From the NCBI GenBank assembly GCA_964460805.1, contig CAYWPU010000003.1, positions 32,014-96,013 on the forward strand: a stretch of 64,000 bases of DNA, in the 5' to 3' direction. Source of the DNA: an uncultured Candidatus Saccharibacteria bacterium. Lineage in GTDB: Bacteria; Patescibacteriota; Minisyncoccia; Phycocordibacterales; JACOZG01. The notes beneath the pieces are model-generated. The model searched no databases. It saw nothing but the letters and a program-made list of their open reading frames with translations, and was not told where the DNA came from. The first letter of the stretch is position 1, and each line of letters opens with the position of its first letter. This document shows positions 63,578-64,000 of this stretch, piece after piece. The position numbers and the translations under genes are program-made.

Positions 63578-64000
63578 ATGCCCGCCACTGAAACCCTCCT
63601 CAAGCTCTCGGATATCCACGTCCACTATGGCGGAGTGAAGGCGCTGGATGGCGCCAGTGTGCGGGTGGATGAGGGTGAGGTGGTGGCACTGATGGGGCCG
63701 AACGGTGCGGGTAAGAGCACGGTGCTCAAGGCGGTCTTTGGCTTGGCGCCGGTTAGCGCGGGGCGGGTGGCTTGGCGCGAGCAGGCTGTCCAGCCGGTCT
63801 CGCATCAGATGACGGCGCGAGGCATCGCTTTTGTCCCGCAAGGGCGGAGAGTGTTCCGGCGCTTGAGCGTGCGCGAGAACTTGGAACTGGGGGCCTGGAA
63901 TGTGCGGGATAAGAATATTGTGGCAGAGCGGTTACAGAGCGTGCTGGAGCTCTTCCCGGCGCTCAAGACTAAATTAACCGCCAAGAGCGGCAGTTTGTCT
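63578..64000 (+). CDS. livF: ABC transporter ATP-binding protein (LivF-like), truncated by the window end
   Basis: Walker A GPNGAGKSTVLKAV. The ORF runs off the window. Confidence 0.8.
   Translation, partial: MPATETLLKLSDIHVHYGGVKALDGASVRVDEGEVVALMGPNGAGKSTVLKAVFGLAPVSAGRVAWREQAVQPVSHQMTARGIAFVPQGRRVFRRLSVRENLELGAWNVRDKNIVAERLQSVLELFPALKTKLTAKSGSLS

Noticed and set aside
1-64000. Looked for CRISPR arrays, rRNA genes, integrases, transposases or IS inverted repeats, and prophage structural genes.
   Set aside because: No regularly spaced direct repeats, rRNA-like segments or recombinase-like ORFs were seen. The tRNA-adjacent cargo (the DUF4145 gene and the AT-rich islet) has no integrase, so no mobile element is called.

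Overview
This 64 kb window reads as a compact, gene-dense bacterial chromosome segment dominated by housekeeping genes. Several features suggest a Candidate Phyla Radiation / Patescibacteria-like lineage, but that is an inference and was not tested: a short 497-aa IF-2, a short DnaX, HisS with a Cys4 insertion, many tRNAs, weak Shine-Dalgarno signals, and four LivJ-type binding proteins. Recognisable genes include: a cell-division/cell-wall cluster (murA, trxB, ftsZ, ftsA, ftsQ); translation genes (hisS, serS, rpsA, rpsU, rpmG, infB, rbfA, pth, ybeY, miaA, dus); replication/topology genes (gyrA, topA, dnaX, dprA, parB); a stress cluster (hsp20, sodA, an HtrA-like pseudo-protease, clpB); DsbA plus VKOR; a complete Liv-type ABC transporter with three extra substrate-binding proteins; and 13 tRNAs. 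I found no rRNA, CRISPR array, integrase or transposase. The most unusual locus is at 21670-23435: five tandem, paralogous, N-terminally diversified small two-transmembrane proteins (tentatively VirB2/TrbC-pilin-like) with no secretion ATPases in the window. They sit at the end of a plus-strand operon (methyltransferase, GIY-YIG, solute-binding protein) and converge on an SPFH/band-7 operon. Other observations worth following up are: an unannotated zinc-ribbon+DUF4145 gene between tRNA-Tyr and an unannotated rpmG; an AT-rich islet with a membrane protein next to tRNA-Gln; a membrane-anchored Clp-like AAA+ protein with a degenerate first ATPase domain beside ftsQ; an orphan gene with its own promoter and terminator inserted between ftsA and ftsZ; a near-identical strong promoter present in three copies; a recurring TTAGACCACA intergenic motif; a roughly 350-nt promoter-to-terminator unit upstream of pepF; and a structured leader upstream of tandem M14 peptidases.
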